Shown piece by piece: positions 1 to 12,285 of a stretch of 50,180 nucleotides of DNA (position 1 is its first letter; each line of letters begins with the position of its first letter). The stretch covers positions 1-50,180 of the forward strand of contig JAFGJN010000161.1 of NCBI GenBank assembly GCA_016929055.1, written 5' to 3'. The stretch comes from Candidatus Zhuqueibacterota bacterium. GTDB taxonomy: Bacteria; Zhuqueibacterota; Zhuqueibacteria; Residuimicrobiales; Oceaniaggregativiventaceae. The notes beneath the pieces are model-generated. The model was given only the letters and a program-made list of their open reading frames with translations, did not search any database and was not told the origin of the DNA. The position numbers were made by a program, and so were the translations under genes.

Positions 1-20
1 ATCGTTTTGATCGTTTTCAT
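1..20 (-). CDS. Possible 5' end of a gene running off the left edge (MKTIKT...)
   Basis: Minus-strand ATG at 20 with AAGGA SD (30-34), downstream of ligA in the same orientation. Only 6 codons are visible. Confidence 0.35.
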
Positions 21-214
21 CGTTAAAAATCCTTGAAATCATTGCTCCGTAACCGGGTACCGGCCAAGTCATTGCCTGCGGTCGGTCTCGCAGACATTCC
101 ACCGGTCTATGGACCAGTCATGCATTTCCTGGCGATCGGCTGAGAACATATCTATTGCGAAACGATCCAGTCAAGGTCGTTCTGAGCCGACGCCATTCGG
201 TTTTATTGAAAAGT

Positions 215-2236
<2,022 letters not shown>

Positions 2237-2282
2237 TTACCCGGCTCGGCCTTTTCTGCACTGCGCTTCTTTCGGGCCCTGC

Positions 2283-4436
2283 TCATCTTTGTGGTATGCC
2301 CAATTCATCGAGCAATCGGTGCGCGGAGGAAAATTTTTGCATCAACCAGAGGATATAGCGTATATCGACGCAGATCGAACGGGTCAATTCGGGGTCGAAA
2401 CGATAATCAGCAACGATGCTTTCATAATTACCGTCGAACAATAGACCGATCAAATTCCCCTCGCTATCCAGAACCGGGCTGCCGCTGTTGCCGCCAGTGG
2501 TGTCCAGCGTGGTGAGAAAGTTGACCGGCATTTTTCCACTTTTAGGCTCCCGCAAGGCACCATAATCCGCTGTTCGAATCAGATGCAGCAACTCGTGGGG
2601 TGCATCAAAAGGATCGGTTCCGGTATATTTTTCCAGAATACCGTCGGTTGTTGTGGATGCGAGGTACTGAACCGCATCTCGCGGGGCGTAACCTTTAACA
2701 TGGCCAAAGGTGAGGCGTTTGGTGCCGTTTGCGTCCGGATAAAGGGTCCCCGGCATTTCCGTGCGTAGAATTTGCAGATAACGGGGCCGTAACCTTTCGA
2801 GTCGGGCATCGAAAAGACGTTGTTTTTCCCGCAGCGGTTCATATTCTTTATAAATTTCGCGGGCGAATACCAGCAAAGGATCCTGCGACTGCTGCAATTG
2901 TTCGGCGGTCAGATCAAACAACGCCAACCAGCTCGACAAATCTGTTAGAGAGGTTTTTTCATAGAGCTTTTTGGAAAAGGCTTGAAACGTGGTTTCGGCA
3001 TCTGGAGCCTTTTCAGCGACACGCGCTTGAATAAAGTGTGGTTTTTGGTTCTCGGGCAGATCGTTTGCCGCCTGGCAGAAAAAGACAAAGGTTAGTCGAT
3101 CGGTCTCGGCATTATAGTTGCGATATCGGAAACTGAGCCGATCTTTGTAATTCGCCATATCCCGATCCATATAGCCGCTTTTGCGTTCGGCTTCGGGTTT
3201 TTGCCGCTCATCTGCCCATGACAGTGCTTTGTGGGCCACACTCAAGAGTTGGTTGAAGCGCAGGAACCAGCCGAGACAATTTATGCCTTCGGCAAAAGAT
3301 TCGAGTTCATGGTATTGCACTTTCAACTCGCCCAAAAGATCCGCCTGCGGCGAAGGCTCTCCGTATTTTTTTGTCCATACATCTTCTTCCGCTCGCTTTT
3401 TCTCCAGCAAATCGGTTCGAATCAGACCGTCCAATTGCCCTCGGCTGTTTTTGAGCGAATTGTTCAGCGAAGCGAGGAGGCTGGCGACCTGGATCGCGCG
3501 ATTGGAATCGCTGTCGGCGAGGGTTTCGAGCAGATGGATGTAATCATTCAGAATACGAATCCGCCAGGGGTAGTAGCTGTTTTGGCGGTAGGCGATATCA
3601 AACGAACTACGGTATCTGGCGGTCGAGCCGGGATAGCCAATGACCATACAGAAATCGTTTTCCCGATATCCGTCGAGCGAGATTTTGAGCCAGCCCTCGG
3701 GGCGATAGGGGATGTTCTCATCAGCCGGGTCAGCCGGCCGACCATCCGGTCCGACATAGGCGCGCAGAAAAGTATAATCTCCTGTATGCCGCGGCCACTC
3801 GAAATTGTCGATGTCACCGCCAAAGACGCCGATCGTTTGTGGCGGAGCATAAACCAGTCGGACATCGCGTATTTCCATCGAGCGAAAGAGGATCGACTGT
3901 TCGCCGGCATGCATATCGACGATTTTAACATCCACAGTCGGATCGATTTTTTCTTCCGCGAGGATCAGAGCGTTTTTATTGGCATCCCTGGTTTTTTTTC
4001 TTTCCTGCGCCGGCATGTCATCGCCTATGCCGGCAGAGACTTTTTCGGTTACCTCCTGGAAAGAGAGCAAAACATAGACATGGGTTCCAAAAGTTGGCAG
4101 CTCTTCTTGAGTTGAGTTGGCAAGAAATCCGGTTATCAATAGATTGCGCTCCGGAGTGCTGTTGCGTTGCAGTGCACCCCGAGCACAATGATGGTTGGTG
4201 AGGATCAATCCGTCGGGTGAAACAAACGAAGCGGTGCATCCGCCGAGGCTGACCACAGCGCGTGCGATTCCGCCATCCCGCGGATTCCAGATGGCTGAGG
4301 CTGGAATGCGGCAGCCCTGTTGTTTGAGGTGTAGTTCGGCGATTTGATCGAGCAGAAACATGCCTTCTTCTGCCCGGGCCGATGAAAGGCCGAAGACCAC
4401 CGCAAAAATTAGCAAAGGCAAATATATCTTTTTCAT
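2283..4436 (-). CDS. S46 family dipeptidyl-peptidase (DPP7-like), exported
   Basis: Signal peptide then EEGMF, GCTASFVSPDGLILTNHHC, DNFEWPRHTGD, TTGGNSGSP catalytic Ser. FDGN has Gly at the S1-determining position, as in DPP7 rather than DPP11. Confidence 0.93.
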   Translation of the reverse strand: MKKIYLPLLIFAVVFGLSSARAEEGMFLLDQIAELHLKQQGCRIPASAIWNPRDGGIARAVVSLGGCTASFVSPDGLILTNHHCARGALQRNSTPERNLLITGFLANSTQEELPTFGTHVYVLLSFQEVTEKVSAGIGDDMPAQERKKTRDANKNALILAEEKIDPTVDVKIVDMHAGEQSILFRSMEIRDVRLVYAPPQTIGVFGGDIDNFEWPRHTGDYTFLRAYVGPDGRPADPADENIPYRPEGWLKISLDGYRENDFCMVIGYPGSTARYRSSFDIAYRQNSYYPWRIRILNDYIHLLETLADSDSNRAIQVASLLASLNNSLKNSRGQLDGLIRTDLLEKKRAEEDVWTKKYGEPSPQADLLGELKVQYHELESFAEGINCLGWFLRFNQLLSVAHKALSWADERQKPEAERKSGYMDRDMANYKDRLSFRYRNYNAETDRLTFVFFCQAANDLPENQKPHFIQARVAEKAPDAETTFQAFSKKLYEKTSLTDLSSWLALFDLTAEQLQQSQDPLLVFAREIYKEYEPLREKQRLFDARLERLRPRYLQILRTEMPGTLYPDANGTKRLTFGHVKGYAPRDAVQYLASTTTDGILEKYTGTDPFDAPHELLHLIRTADYGALREPKSGKMPVNFLTTLDTTGGNSGSPVLDSEGNLIGLLFDGNYESIVADYRFDPELTRSICVDIRYILWLMQKFSSAHRLLDELGIPQR

Positions 4437-4500
4437 CTATCTTCTCCGATTGGCAGGTTGCATCTTGTGTGACGGCCGACTGAATTCGGCATGAACAAAA

Positions 4501-5400
4501 TCAGCGAAGACCAAATAGGGCTTTGATAACATAAAGCGCGATTTTGGGGTTTTCTTTGAGACGTCGGACGCAATAGGCATGCCAGTGCTTGCCAAAGGGA
4601 ACATAGACGCGCAGATGGTGGCCGCTCCGAACGATGATGTCGCGGAGTTCTTCATCCACTCCCAATAGCATCTGAAATTCATAATCTTCTTTTTTCAAGC
4701 CGAGCTCATGGACAATGCGCAGACCTTGCCAAACAAGTTTTTCGTCATGGGTGGCGATTCCAACATACGACCCGTTTTTCAGGGCGGTTTCGACAAGGAG
4801 GGTGAAATTGTCGTTGACCGTTTGAGGATCTTTATAGGCGATTTGTCTCGGCTCCACATAGATGCCTTTGCAGACACGAAAATTCGTGTGGGTTTTCAGC
4901 AAGTCCGTTACATCGTCGAGACTGCGGCGCAAATAGGACTGGATGACGATGCCGACGTTGGAAAAGTCCTTTTGCAGCCGCAAAAAAAGATCGATGGTCA
5001 GCGTGGTGACGCTCGAGTCTTCCATGTCCACGCGAACAAAAGTCGCGGTTTCGGCCGCTTTGGCGACAATTTTTCTGATGTTATCGTAGCAAAACTCTGG
5101 GTCGATGTTCAAGCCGAGCTGGGTCAGTTTAATCGAGATATTGCTGTCCAGGTTTTCTTTTTGGATGGTATCGAGAACCGTGAGGTATTCCTCCACGGCT
5201 TGAGCGCATTCCTCGGCGGCTTGAGCGCTTTCGCCGAGGACATCGAGCGTAGCCATGATGCCCCTGGAGTTGAGGTCTTTGACCGACTGTACGGCATCTT
5301 CAAGTTTCGGCCCGGCGACATAGGGTTTGGAAAATAGGCGAACGATGGGTTTGGGGACAAGAGGAAGAAACCAGACGACCAAGAGGTTAAAGAGACGCAT
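4501..5400 (-). CDS. Monofunctional proline dehydrogenase
   Basis: TLDVLGE, SIKLTQLG, RVDMED, RVCKGIYVE, IATHD, EFQMLLG and RVYVPFG..W..Y..RRL.E motifs. Start set to ATG 5400, which has an AAAGGA SD. Confidence 0.95.
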   Translation of the reverse strand: MRLFNLLVVWFLPLVPKPIVRLFSKPYVAGPKLEDAVQSVKDLNSRGIMATLDVLGESAQAAEECAQAVEEYLTVLDTIQKENLDSNISIKLTQLGLNIDPEFCYDNIRKIVAKAAETATFVRVDMEDSSVTTLTIDLFLRLQKDFSNVGIVIQSYLRRSLDDVTDLLKTHTNFRVCKGIYVEPRQIAYKDPQTVNDNFTLLVETALKNGSYVGIATHDEKLVWQGLRIVHELGLKKEDYEFQMLLGVDEELRDIIVRSGHHLRVYVPFGKHWHAYCVRRLKENPKIALYVIKALFGLR

Positions 5401-5818
5401 GGCGATTCCTTTCTTATAAAAAAGCAAAAAGAACGGGTTGTGAACAAAGGTTATTGGGTTTGTGTGAAGAGGATCGACCCCGGAAAAGGAGGGGCGTGGC
5501 CGAGCGGAAACAACGCGCCACGATGAACCTTGGAGCGATAATGTCGCCCTGCCCGCGGGCCCAAACGGGCTGAAAAAGCACAGATCACAAGAGTCATCAA
5601 AACGGCTTGTTCATTTTGAGTTGAGGGCCAGTGCGCAACACTACCAAAAATAGGCGTTTTTCGAGCCATTGTCAAGGACAAACTCGGGAATGCCGAAATC
5701 GTTGTGAAGCGACCCAGCTGATGAGATGGCCGGATATTTTTGCAGATTCGTCAAACGGCAGCAACTCAATTGATTGTTTTGCGCCGGGTTCGGGGTCCCA
5801 AAGCGTGGAAACTTTATG

Positions 5819-5847
5819 TTGATTTTTTATTGCATTAGGTTTATATT
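5819..5847 (+). promoter_or_regulatory. Putative sigma70 promoter of the parAB operon
   Basis: TTGATT(5819-5824)-N17-TATATT(5842-5847). GGAGG SD at 5867-5871. Confidence 0.55.
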
Positions 5848-5883
5848 GGTTTACTTTATCAAACATGGAGGACGCCCGCACAA

Positions 5884-6672
5884 ATGGGCAAAGTGATCGC
5901 GATAGCCAACCAAAAAGGTGGGGTCGGGAAAACCACGACGTCGGTCAATCTGGCCGCCTGTCTGGCAGTTGCCGAATATCCGACTCTTTTGATCGATATG
6001 GATCCGCAGGCCAACAGCACCAGTGGTTTGGGGATCAATGCAAACGATCTCAATAAAACAATCTACAATGCGATCATCGAGGAGCAAGAAATCGACAATC
6101 TTGTGCTCGATACAGAGCTCAAGTATTTAAAATTGCTTCCTTCATCGATCAATCTGGTCGGCGCCGAAGTCGAATTGGTTTCGGTTATTTCGCGCGAGTA
6201 TCGTCTCGCGCACGCATTGGAAAATGTTCGCGATCAATACAAATTTATTTTGGTGGATTGTCCGCCCTCGCTGGGTTTGTTGACGATCAATGCGCTGACC
6301 GCTTCGGATTCGGTTTTAATTCCGATTCAATGCGAGTATTATGCGCTGGAAGGGTTGGGTCAGCTGCTGAACACGATACGATTGGTTCAAAAGCACCTCA
6401 ATCCCGATCTGGCCGTAGAGGGTGTGCTGTTGACCATGTACGACGCTCGGCTCAATCTGTCTCGTCAGGTAGCGGAGGATGTGCGCCGGTATTTTGATGG
6501 TCGTGTTTTTGACGTGATGATCAATCGAAATGTTCGGTTGAGTGAAGCGCCGAGTTTCGGTAAACCGATCATACTGTACGATGCAGTATCGACCGGATCG
6601 GAAAACTATATGAGCCTGGCTGAGGAAATCATCCGAAATGGCGAACAAGAAAGCGCTGGGAAGAGGGCTTAG
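5884..6672 (+). CDS. parA: Chromosome partitioning ATPase ParA/Soj
   Basis: Deviant Walker [47 protein letters not shown]. Confidence 0.97.
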   Translation: MGKVIAIANQKGGVGKTTTSVNLAACLAVAEYPTLLIDMDPQANSTSGLGINANDLNKTIYNAIIEEQEIDNLVLDTELKYLKLLPSSINLVGAEVELVSVISREYRLAHALENVRDQYKFILVDCPPSLGLLTINALTASDSVLIPIQCEYYALEGLGQLLNTIRLVQKHLNPDLAVEGVLLTMYDARLNLSRQVAEDVRRYFDGRVFDVMINRNVRLSEAPSFGKPIILYDAVSTGSENYMSLAEEIIRNGEQESAGKRA

Positions 6673-7525
6673 GGCGCTGTTGCCGGATGCTCCTGCGTCG
6701 CCGGGTGAAGAACAGAGGGCGATGTCCGGAGCGATCGATTTTATTCCGGTCAACCGAATCACCCCGAATCCCTTTCAGCCGCGGGAAGTTTTCGATCCCG
6801 AACACCTGGCGGAACTGCGGCGTTCCATCGCCGAAAAAGGTATTGTGCAACCGATAACCGTTCGACGCCATGATGACGGTTATCAACTGATCGCTGGTGA
6901 GCGGCGCTTGCGAGCGGTGCGCGATCTGGAGATTCAAGAGATCCCGGCGTATATCCTCGAAATCGACAGCGACGAGGAGATGCTCGAGCTGGCGATCATC
7001 GAAAATATTCATCGAGAAGATTTAAATCCGGTCGACATCGCTCGAGGGTACAGGCGGCTGATCGACGAGTGCCGTTTGACTCAGGAGCAGGTGGCGGATA
7101 AAGTCGGCAAGGATCGCACGACGGTCACCAATTTTCTTCGCCTTCTCAAACTGCCGAGGCGGATTCAGTCGAGTTTACAGGCGGATGAACTGAGCATGGG
7201 GCATGCACGAGCTCTTTTGTCCTTACCGACAAGTGAAGAGCAGATTGCCCTGTGGCAAAAAATCGTCAGGCAAAAACTTTCGGTACGCCAGGTTGAAGAT
7301 CTGGCGCGTAACGCCCAGCGTAAAAGCGAAAAGCAGAAAAAACCGGTTGTAGTCGATCGCAGATCTTTGTATATCGAAGATGTGGAAAATCGACTGCGGA
7401 CCCATTTGACTACCAAGGTGCATATAAAATCTCGTCCCAAAGGCGGGGCGATCGAAATCGAATATTTTTCCGACGATGAGCTCGAGCGTCTCGTCAGCAT
7501 GATTTGCGGCGACGAATCGATTTGA
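6638..7525 (+). CDS. parB: Chromosome partitioning protein ParB/Spo0J
   Basis: ALGRGL ParA-stimulating peptide, [14 protein letters not shown] CTPase motif, [12 protein letters not shown]. Overlaps parA. Confidence 0.97.
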   Translation: MANKKALGRGLRALLPDAPASPGEEQRAMSGAIDFIPVNRITPNPFQPREVFDPEHLAELRRSIAEKGIVQPITVRRHDDGYQLIAGERRLRAVRDLEIQEIPAYILEIDSDEEMLELAIIENIHREDLNPVDIARGYRRLIDECRLTQEQVADKVGKDRTTVTNFLRLLKLPRRIQSSLQADELSMGHARALLSLPTSEEQIALWQKIVRQKLSVRQVEDLARNAQRKSEKQKKPVVVDRRSLYIEDVENRLRTHLTTKVHIKSRPKGGAIEIEYFSDDELERLVSMICGDESI

Positions 7526-7614
7526 ACTCGATGATTTGGGGCCGCCTGGCCCCATTTACATCGGGCGAAATGCGATCGTGACGAGGCGCCAGAAGCAACC
7601 AACGAGAAGAAACG

Positions 7615-8520
7615 ATGGGCAAGAAAAAAAAGTATCGTAACGGCTTTCAGCTATTGTTTATTCCGGACGACCAGAGCGAGCCTAAAGCGTTTTCGGTTCG
7701 TGCCAGTCGTGTCAGAATCGTAAAAATCGCTGCGGTTCTTTTGGTTTTGCATCTGTTGGTCGGCTTGCTTGCCTATTGGCAGGTCGCCCGTCTCTATCTT
7801 AAAAACCGCGAGATGAATACACTCACGATTCAGCTCCAGGAGAACAACACTAAAGTTTACAAGTTGATAACGGCATTTGAAGAGCTCGAGGTTTCGCAGG
7901 GGAAAATCCGTTCGGCTTTGGGGTTGGGCAATGTGGAGAGCGTTGATTTGTCTGACAGCTACCGGCCGCAGGGCAATATCGATATCTATCCCGATGTCTT
8001 GCCCACGCTTGTTCCTTCACAGATGCAATTGGCCAACGCGGGGGATGTGGCGCTGGAGGATAAGCTGGGTTTTTTGCAGCGATCTTCTGCGCCTCTTCAT
8101 GGCTATCTCGAGAGCATCCCAACTTTTTTGCCGGTTGAAGGTATCCTGACCAGCGATTATGATGATTATCGCCATTTTGACCGCGGTCAACACCGCGGCA
8201 TCGATATTGCTGCACCTCGAGGAAGCTTTATTCGAGCAGCCGCCGATGGAATTGTCATGTTCGCCGGATGGACTCCCGATTTAGGCGATCTCATGATTTT
8301 GTATCACGGAAATGGTTTTTTTACCTATTATGGCCACAATCAACGATTGTTGTATAAAAGAAACGCTTTGGTGAAAAAGGGCGATCCCATCGCTCTGCTC
8401 GGAAATACCGGCCAGAGTTCTGCGCCTCACCTGCACTTTGAAATCTGGAAAGATGGGATTCCTTTGGATCCGAAGGATTTTATCCTGGCCTTTTCTCGGC
8501 CCGGCAAATGGTCTTCCTAG
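7615..8520 (+). CDS. Membrane-anchored M23 family metallopeptidase
   Basis: Basic N-terminus, one TM helix, coiled coil, HRGID (HxxxD), YYGH and GNTGQSSAPHLHFE (HxH). Confidence 0.93.
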   Translation: MGKKKKYRNGFQLLFIPDDQSEPKAFSVRASRVRIVKIAAVLLVLHLLVGLLAYWQVARLYLKNREMNTLTIQLQENNTKVYKLITAFEELEVSQGKIRSALGLGNVESVDLSDSYRPQGNIDIYPDVLPTLVPSQMQLANAGDVALEDKLGFLQRSSAPLHGYLESIPTFLPVEGILTSDYDDYRHFDRGQHRGIDIAAPRGSFIRAAADGIVMFAGWTPDLGDLMILYHGNGFFTYYGHNQRLLYKRNALVKKGDPIALLGNTGQSSAPHLHFEIWKDGIPLDPKDFILAFSRPGKWSS

Positions 8521-8542
8521 TTTAATCGATGGAAAACATGTG

Positions 8543-8950
8543 ATGTTTGGAAAACAAGAGATGAAAACCACGGAAAAAACAGGCGAACTCAACACACTGT
8601 TGGGAAAAGGATCGAGCTTTGAAGGTAACATCAAAGTCGAACACGGATTGCGGGTCGACGGTAAGGTGATTGGAGATATCACAACCAGCGATACGTTGGT
8701 GGTCGGCAAGGATGGTTCGGTCAAGGGCAACATCAAAGCTAAGAATCTCGTTCTCGGCGGCAGCATCAATGGAACCGTGCATACGACTGGCAAAATCGTT
8801 TTGGAGAACAAGTCGGTTTTTCGCGGCGAAATGAGCACTGGTAAATTGATCATCGATGAAGGAGCATTGTTTGAAGGCAAATGCTCCATGCCGAGCGAAA
8901 GTACCCGACCGGTTGAGGTGGCGTCGGCATCCGTCAAGGAACAAAGCTGA
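8543..8950 (+). CDS. Bactofilin (polymer-forming cytoskeletal protein, CcmA/DUF583)
   Basis: TLLGKGSSFEGNI..LRVDGKVIGDI..LVVGKDGSVKGNI..GALFEGKC beta-helix repeats. MFGK N-terminus. Start reassigned to ATG 8543. Confidence 0.93.
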   Translation: MFGKQEMKTTEKTGELNTLLGKGSSFEGNIKVEHGLRVDGKVIGDITTSDTLVVGKDGSVKGNIKAKNLVLGGSINGTVHTTGKIVLENKSVFRGEMSTGKLIIDEGALFEGKCSMPSESTRPVEVASASVKEQS

Positions 8951-9216
8951 TTAACGGCCGCTCTTTTTTACGCAGGTCAGCCTGTTTCATTCATATCTTC
9001 AGGTATACCCTGTGCCGGTGTCGACAGTTGGTTTAGATCAGCGATGCGAGGCCAAATATCGCTCAGCTTTTCTGATGGAAACAACCCTGATTTTTTCCTT
9101 CCTCAACAGGCAACAACCCAAGCCGCTTTGGTTTTTCGCGCCGAGCGAGCGGAGGTGGCTGCCGATTTGCCCCTGCATGAGCTGGTTTGATATTCCTTTA
9201 CAAGTCAAATAAATTC

Positions 9217-9245
9217 TTGACATAGTGGAAAAATCTTTATATTAT
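9217..9245 (+). promoter_or_regulatory. Near-consensus sigma70 promoter for the TPR/ExbBD/TonB-like cluster
   Basis: TTGACA(9217-9222)-N17-TATTAT(9240-9245) with an AT-rich upstream tract. Confidence 0.7.
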
Positions 9246-9312
9246 TTTTCAGATTGAATTCGGACCAGTTCACTGACGCCTTTTTCATATACAAGGTTGA
9301 CGAGGTTTCTCA

Positions 9313-12189
9313 ATGACCCGAAGGCTAGCTAACCCGCACGGCATGCTGAGGCGAGGGATGTTGCTGTTTTTGGCCGTATGGGCTTGCCGGCCGACCTTGT
9401 CATACTCGGGTCCGCCGTCCATCCCGGACAAGACCCAACTCCCATTTGAAGAAAAACTGCGTTACTATCTCGATCAAAACACCCAGGATATTGTCGAAGA
9501 GTTGTTGGCGCGCGAAATCCAACTCTTGCAGTTGGTCAACGGCATGTATGGAGAGCTGTTGGTTCGCGGTGACCAAGCTCTGCCTGCCTTTCAGAGCATC
9601 ACTCAAGAGCGCGATCGCCTGATCGAATCCTATGGTTCAGAACTTGCGTCGCTGCTGCATATCTATGACGATCTCGACCGATTACAGCGTATCGCCGAGT
9701 ACGGCGGCGATTTGCGAGCCTTAAAAGTCATCGATGACAATCGTGACAGCATTAAAGCCGCCATGGATCACCGCAAACTCTATAAAAAAGGGATCTATTC
9801 TCCGGAGCGTGTCGGTGGCATGATCGATTCCTATACGGCCGAGTTGGACACCCTGCTCGGGATGCACGATACGCTGGAATTTCTCAAGGTGCGGGCTCGC
9901 GCCAACAACGACACCCTCGCTTTGGAGCAAATCGCCGACCAGCAAAAAAATCTGATGCGCGTTTTCAGTTCCTGGGGTGGGTTGGGGCCATTGAATGAAG
10001 AAGATTATATTCGTTACCAGATCGAAGTTGAAAAGATCGCAAAAGTAGCGGGGCAAATCGACAAAGTCCTGCCACCCGGTGAAGCCGCGCGCGAAGACGA
10101 TTTGCTTCGAATGAAAAAGCAACTCATGAACAAACTCGACGCCTCGGTTTTTGATCTGCTTTCCCGTTCAGGATATGACCGCAATTTTTATCCCACAATT
10201 TCCGCCTATATCGATGCCTGGAAGGGAGAGCGAACGGTTGATATCCTGACGCGGTTGGCAGAATATCAGGCCGTTCGAAAAAAGCTACTTGCTTCCGGGG
10301 CGCCGGCGGATATCGAACGCCTTTTCGCCGATCAGATTTCGAATGCTTTGCTCAATTTTGCCGACGGTCTCTATTTGACCGCCGAATATCAACTGCGGGA
10401 TGCAATGGAAACCTGGCCCGAGCGGGATAAATTTTTTACTTCACTCAAGTATTATATCGGTGAATCGCGCCACCATCGCCAAGCTCTGGAGGGCGCGCGG
10501 GAATTCTATCTAAAGGTCCTGGAGGATCCGACGCCGTCGATTTATCACGCCGAGTCCTTGGTGCGCTTGATGCAGTATGCCGCCGATTTTGAAGGGACCA
10601 GTGCATTTCTGAATTATTACAACCATTTTTTGGAGATGCAATCGGTTGCACCCAGGCAACTCGTCGACTATGCTCATTACTTGACCGCCAATCGCTATTT
10701 CGACAATGCCCAATTTCATCAGACCAAAGAAGCTTTGTTGCAGATCGAGTCTGGAAGTGAATTTTTTCTGCCCGCTCAGCTTTTGCTCAGTGTGGTCTAT
10801 TTGAATTTGGATGAAACCGATTCGGCAATCCCGATCCTCGAAATGCTTGTAGATCGCGCCAGTTATCCCTGGACCAACCTCAATACGGCCTATATTCGCA
10901 ATACTGCGCTTTTACGCCTGGGCATGCTCTATTATCAACGGGGCAATTTTCTTCGAGCTCAAACCCTCTTTCAAGAGGTGTCAAAAGGGTATAGCGGATT
11001 TGACAAGGCATTGTTGGGGCAAGCGTGGATTGCCCTCGAACAAGGGGATTACAGCCGCGTGATCGAAAACAGCCATTCGCTTTTGCGCAATTATCTGGCC
11101 TCGAATTTTACTTATGAGGCTTTGGCTCTTTCCGCTCATTGCCAACGAATCCTCGGTCAATCCGAAGAAGCGCTGCATGCCTATCGATATGTCGTGCGAG
11201 CCCGGCATAATCTGGATATGCAACAAGAGTTCGATCGCGAACGCGCCACAGCTTTAGACCAAGTGCGGGAGCTCGATCGACTTGAACGAGATGCTCTGGA
11301 GACACGGCGCGAAGATCTCTTTTTATCTATCACTGGTGTACGCCAAGAGTTGAACGAGTTTTTGCTGCGGGTCAAGGGAAAAAGCGATACCGGCAATTTG
11401 CTGTTACAAGATTATTACGATGAGCGGATGGATATTCTTCGACATTTGGATAAGACCGATGAAATTCTCGAGTGGGCGGAAAAAGAAAACCGTCCCGATA
11501 TTGCCGCCAAAGCGATGCAGCAACGCGCCCGATTGGTTCGCGTGTTGGAGACGTTTCAGGCCGACCAGGATGTAGTCAACACGGCTTACCTGGTTGATTT
11601 TCCTCTGGTAGCCAAAGAGGGCGGCATGATCTATCGACGGGAAAATCTGGCTTCGGTTTATCGCGATCTGGAATTGGAAAAAAGAAGGCTGCAGGTTCGT
11701 TTTGATGAGATCGAGGTTTTGCAATCCCGCGCTGCCGATCAAGGCACGTTTTCCGATCGACTGGATCTCGAATTGTTGGAAAAAGATCTGGTCCGTTTGC
11801 AGGATCGATTGAGCGCTTTTCGAAAATGGATGGTCGAAGTCGTGCCAGACGAACCCGCTTCACAGCTCGATCGCTGGAGTGATTTTTCCGGCTTTGAAAT
11901 AACCGACATTATATATCGGTCCCGCCAGGAAAAACTTGAACAGATCAACACATTTACCACTCAAATTCAGACGATCGAGAGTATCTTTAGGGCTCGCAAG
12001 CAAGCGATCGAAGAACGTTTGGAGCAATTTGAAGCAGAAGTTGCGGCTTTGCAGCAGGTGTGGTTGGAAAAAAAGATCGCTTTGGAGCAGCAGGAAAAAC
12101 AAACCTATTTTGACAAGTATTATTTCGATGTTCGGGAACGGGAGGAAGAGGATTGGGAAAACCGCCTTCGAGAATTGATTGAGCGCTGA
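9313..12189 (+). CDS. Exported TPR/coiled-coil protein, GltC-like
   Basis: Signal-like N-terminus. TPR block ALLRLGMLYY...ALLGQAW...YEALALSA followed by a long coiled coil. First gene of the Agl-Glt-like cluster. The GltC assignment is inference. Confidence 0.7.
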   Translation: MTRRLANPHGMLRRGMLLFLAVWACRPTLSYSGPPSIPDKTQLPFEEKLRYYLDQNTQDIVEELLAREIQLLQLVNGMYGELLVRGDQALPAFQSITQERDRLIESYGSELASLLHIYDDLDRLQRIAEYGGDLRALKVIDDNRDSIKAAMDHRKLYKKGIYSPERVGGMIDSYTAELDTLLGMHDTLEFLKVRARANNDTLALEQIADQQKNLMRVFSSWGGLGPLNEEDYIRYQIEVEKIAKVAGQIDKVLPPGEAAREDDLLRMKKQLMNKLDASVFDLLSRSGYDRNFYPTISAYIDAWKGERTVDILTRLAEYQAVRKKLLASGAPADIERLFADQISNALLNFADGLYLTAEYQLRDAMETWPERDKFFTSLKYYIGESRHHRQALEGAREFYLKVLEDPTPSIYHAESLVRLMQYAADFEGTSAFLNYYNHFLEMQSVAPRQLVDYAHYLTANRYFDNAQFHQTKEALLQIESGSEFFLPAQLLLSVVYLNLDETDSAIPILEMLVDRASYPWTNLNTAYIRNTALLRLGMLYYQRGNFLRAQTLFQEVSKGYSGFDKALLGQAWIALEQGDYSRVIENSHSLLRNYLASNFTYEALALSAHCQRILGQSEEALHAYRYVVRARHNLDMQQEFDRERATALDQVRELDRLERDALETRREDLFLSITGVRQELNEFLLRVKGKSDTGNLLLQDYYDERMDILRHLDKTDEILEWAEKENRPDIAAKAMQQRARLVRVLETFQADQDVVNTAYLVDFPLVAKEGGMIYRRENLASVYRDLELEKRRLQVRFDEIEVLQSRAADQGTFSDRLDLELLEKDLVRLQDRLSAFRKWMVEVVPDEPASQLDRWSDFSGFEITDIIYRSRQEKLEQINTFTTQIQTIESIFRARKQAIEERLEQFEAEVAALQQVWLEKKIALEQQEKQTYFDKYYFDVREREEEDWENRLRELIER

Positions 12190-12285
12190 TCGAACCGAGC
12201 CTTGAATTTGTAACCCTCTCTCTCCTTCACGATCCGGGACGCCTCATGCTAGAGGCAGCTCTATACCTCATACGGGATTGAATAG

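Noticed and set aside
3231-4115. Long antisense ORFs (this 294-aa one, also 26338-27123, 48353-49090, 8281-8937)
   Set aside because: Shadow frames opposite well-supported genes, with no motifs or SDs.
5488-5570. tRNA-Ser-like opening GGAGGGGCGTGGCCGAGCGG
   Set aside because: No T-loop (GTTCRA), no closing acceptor stem and no valid anticodon loop.
5401-5883. oriC at the strand switch next to parAB
   Set aside because: Only one near-match DnaA box (TGTGAACAA, 5439-5447), no box cluster and no dnaA in the window.
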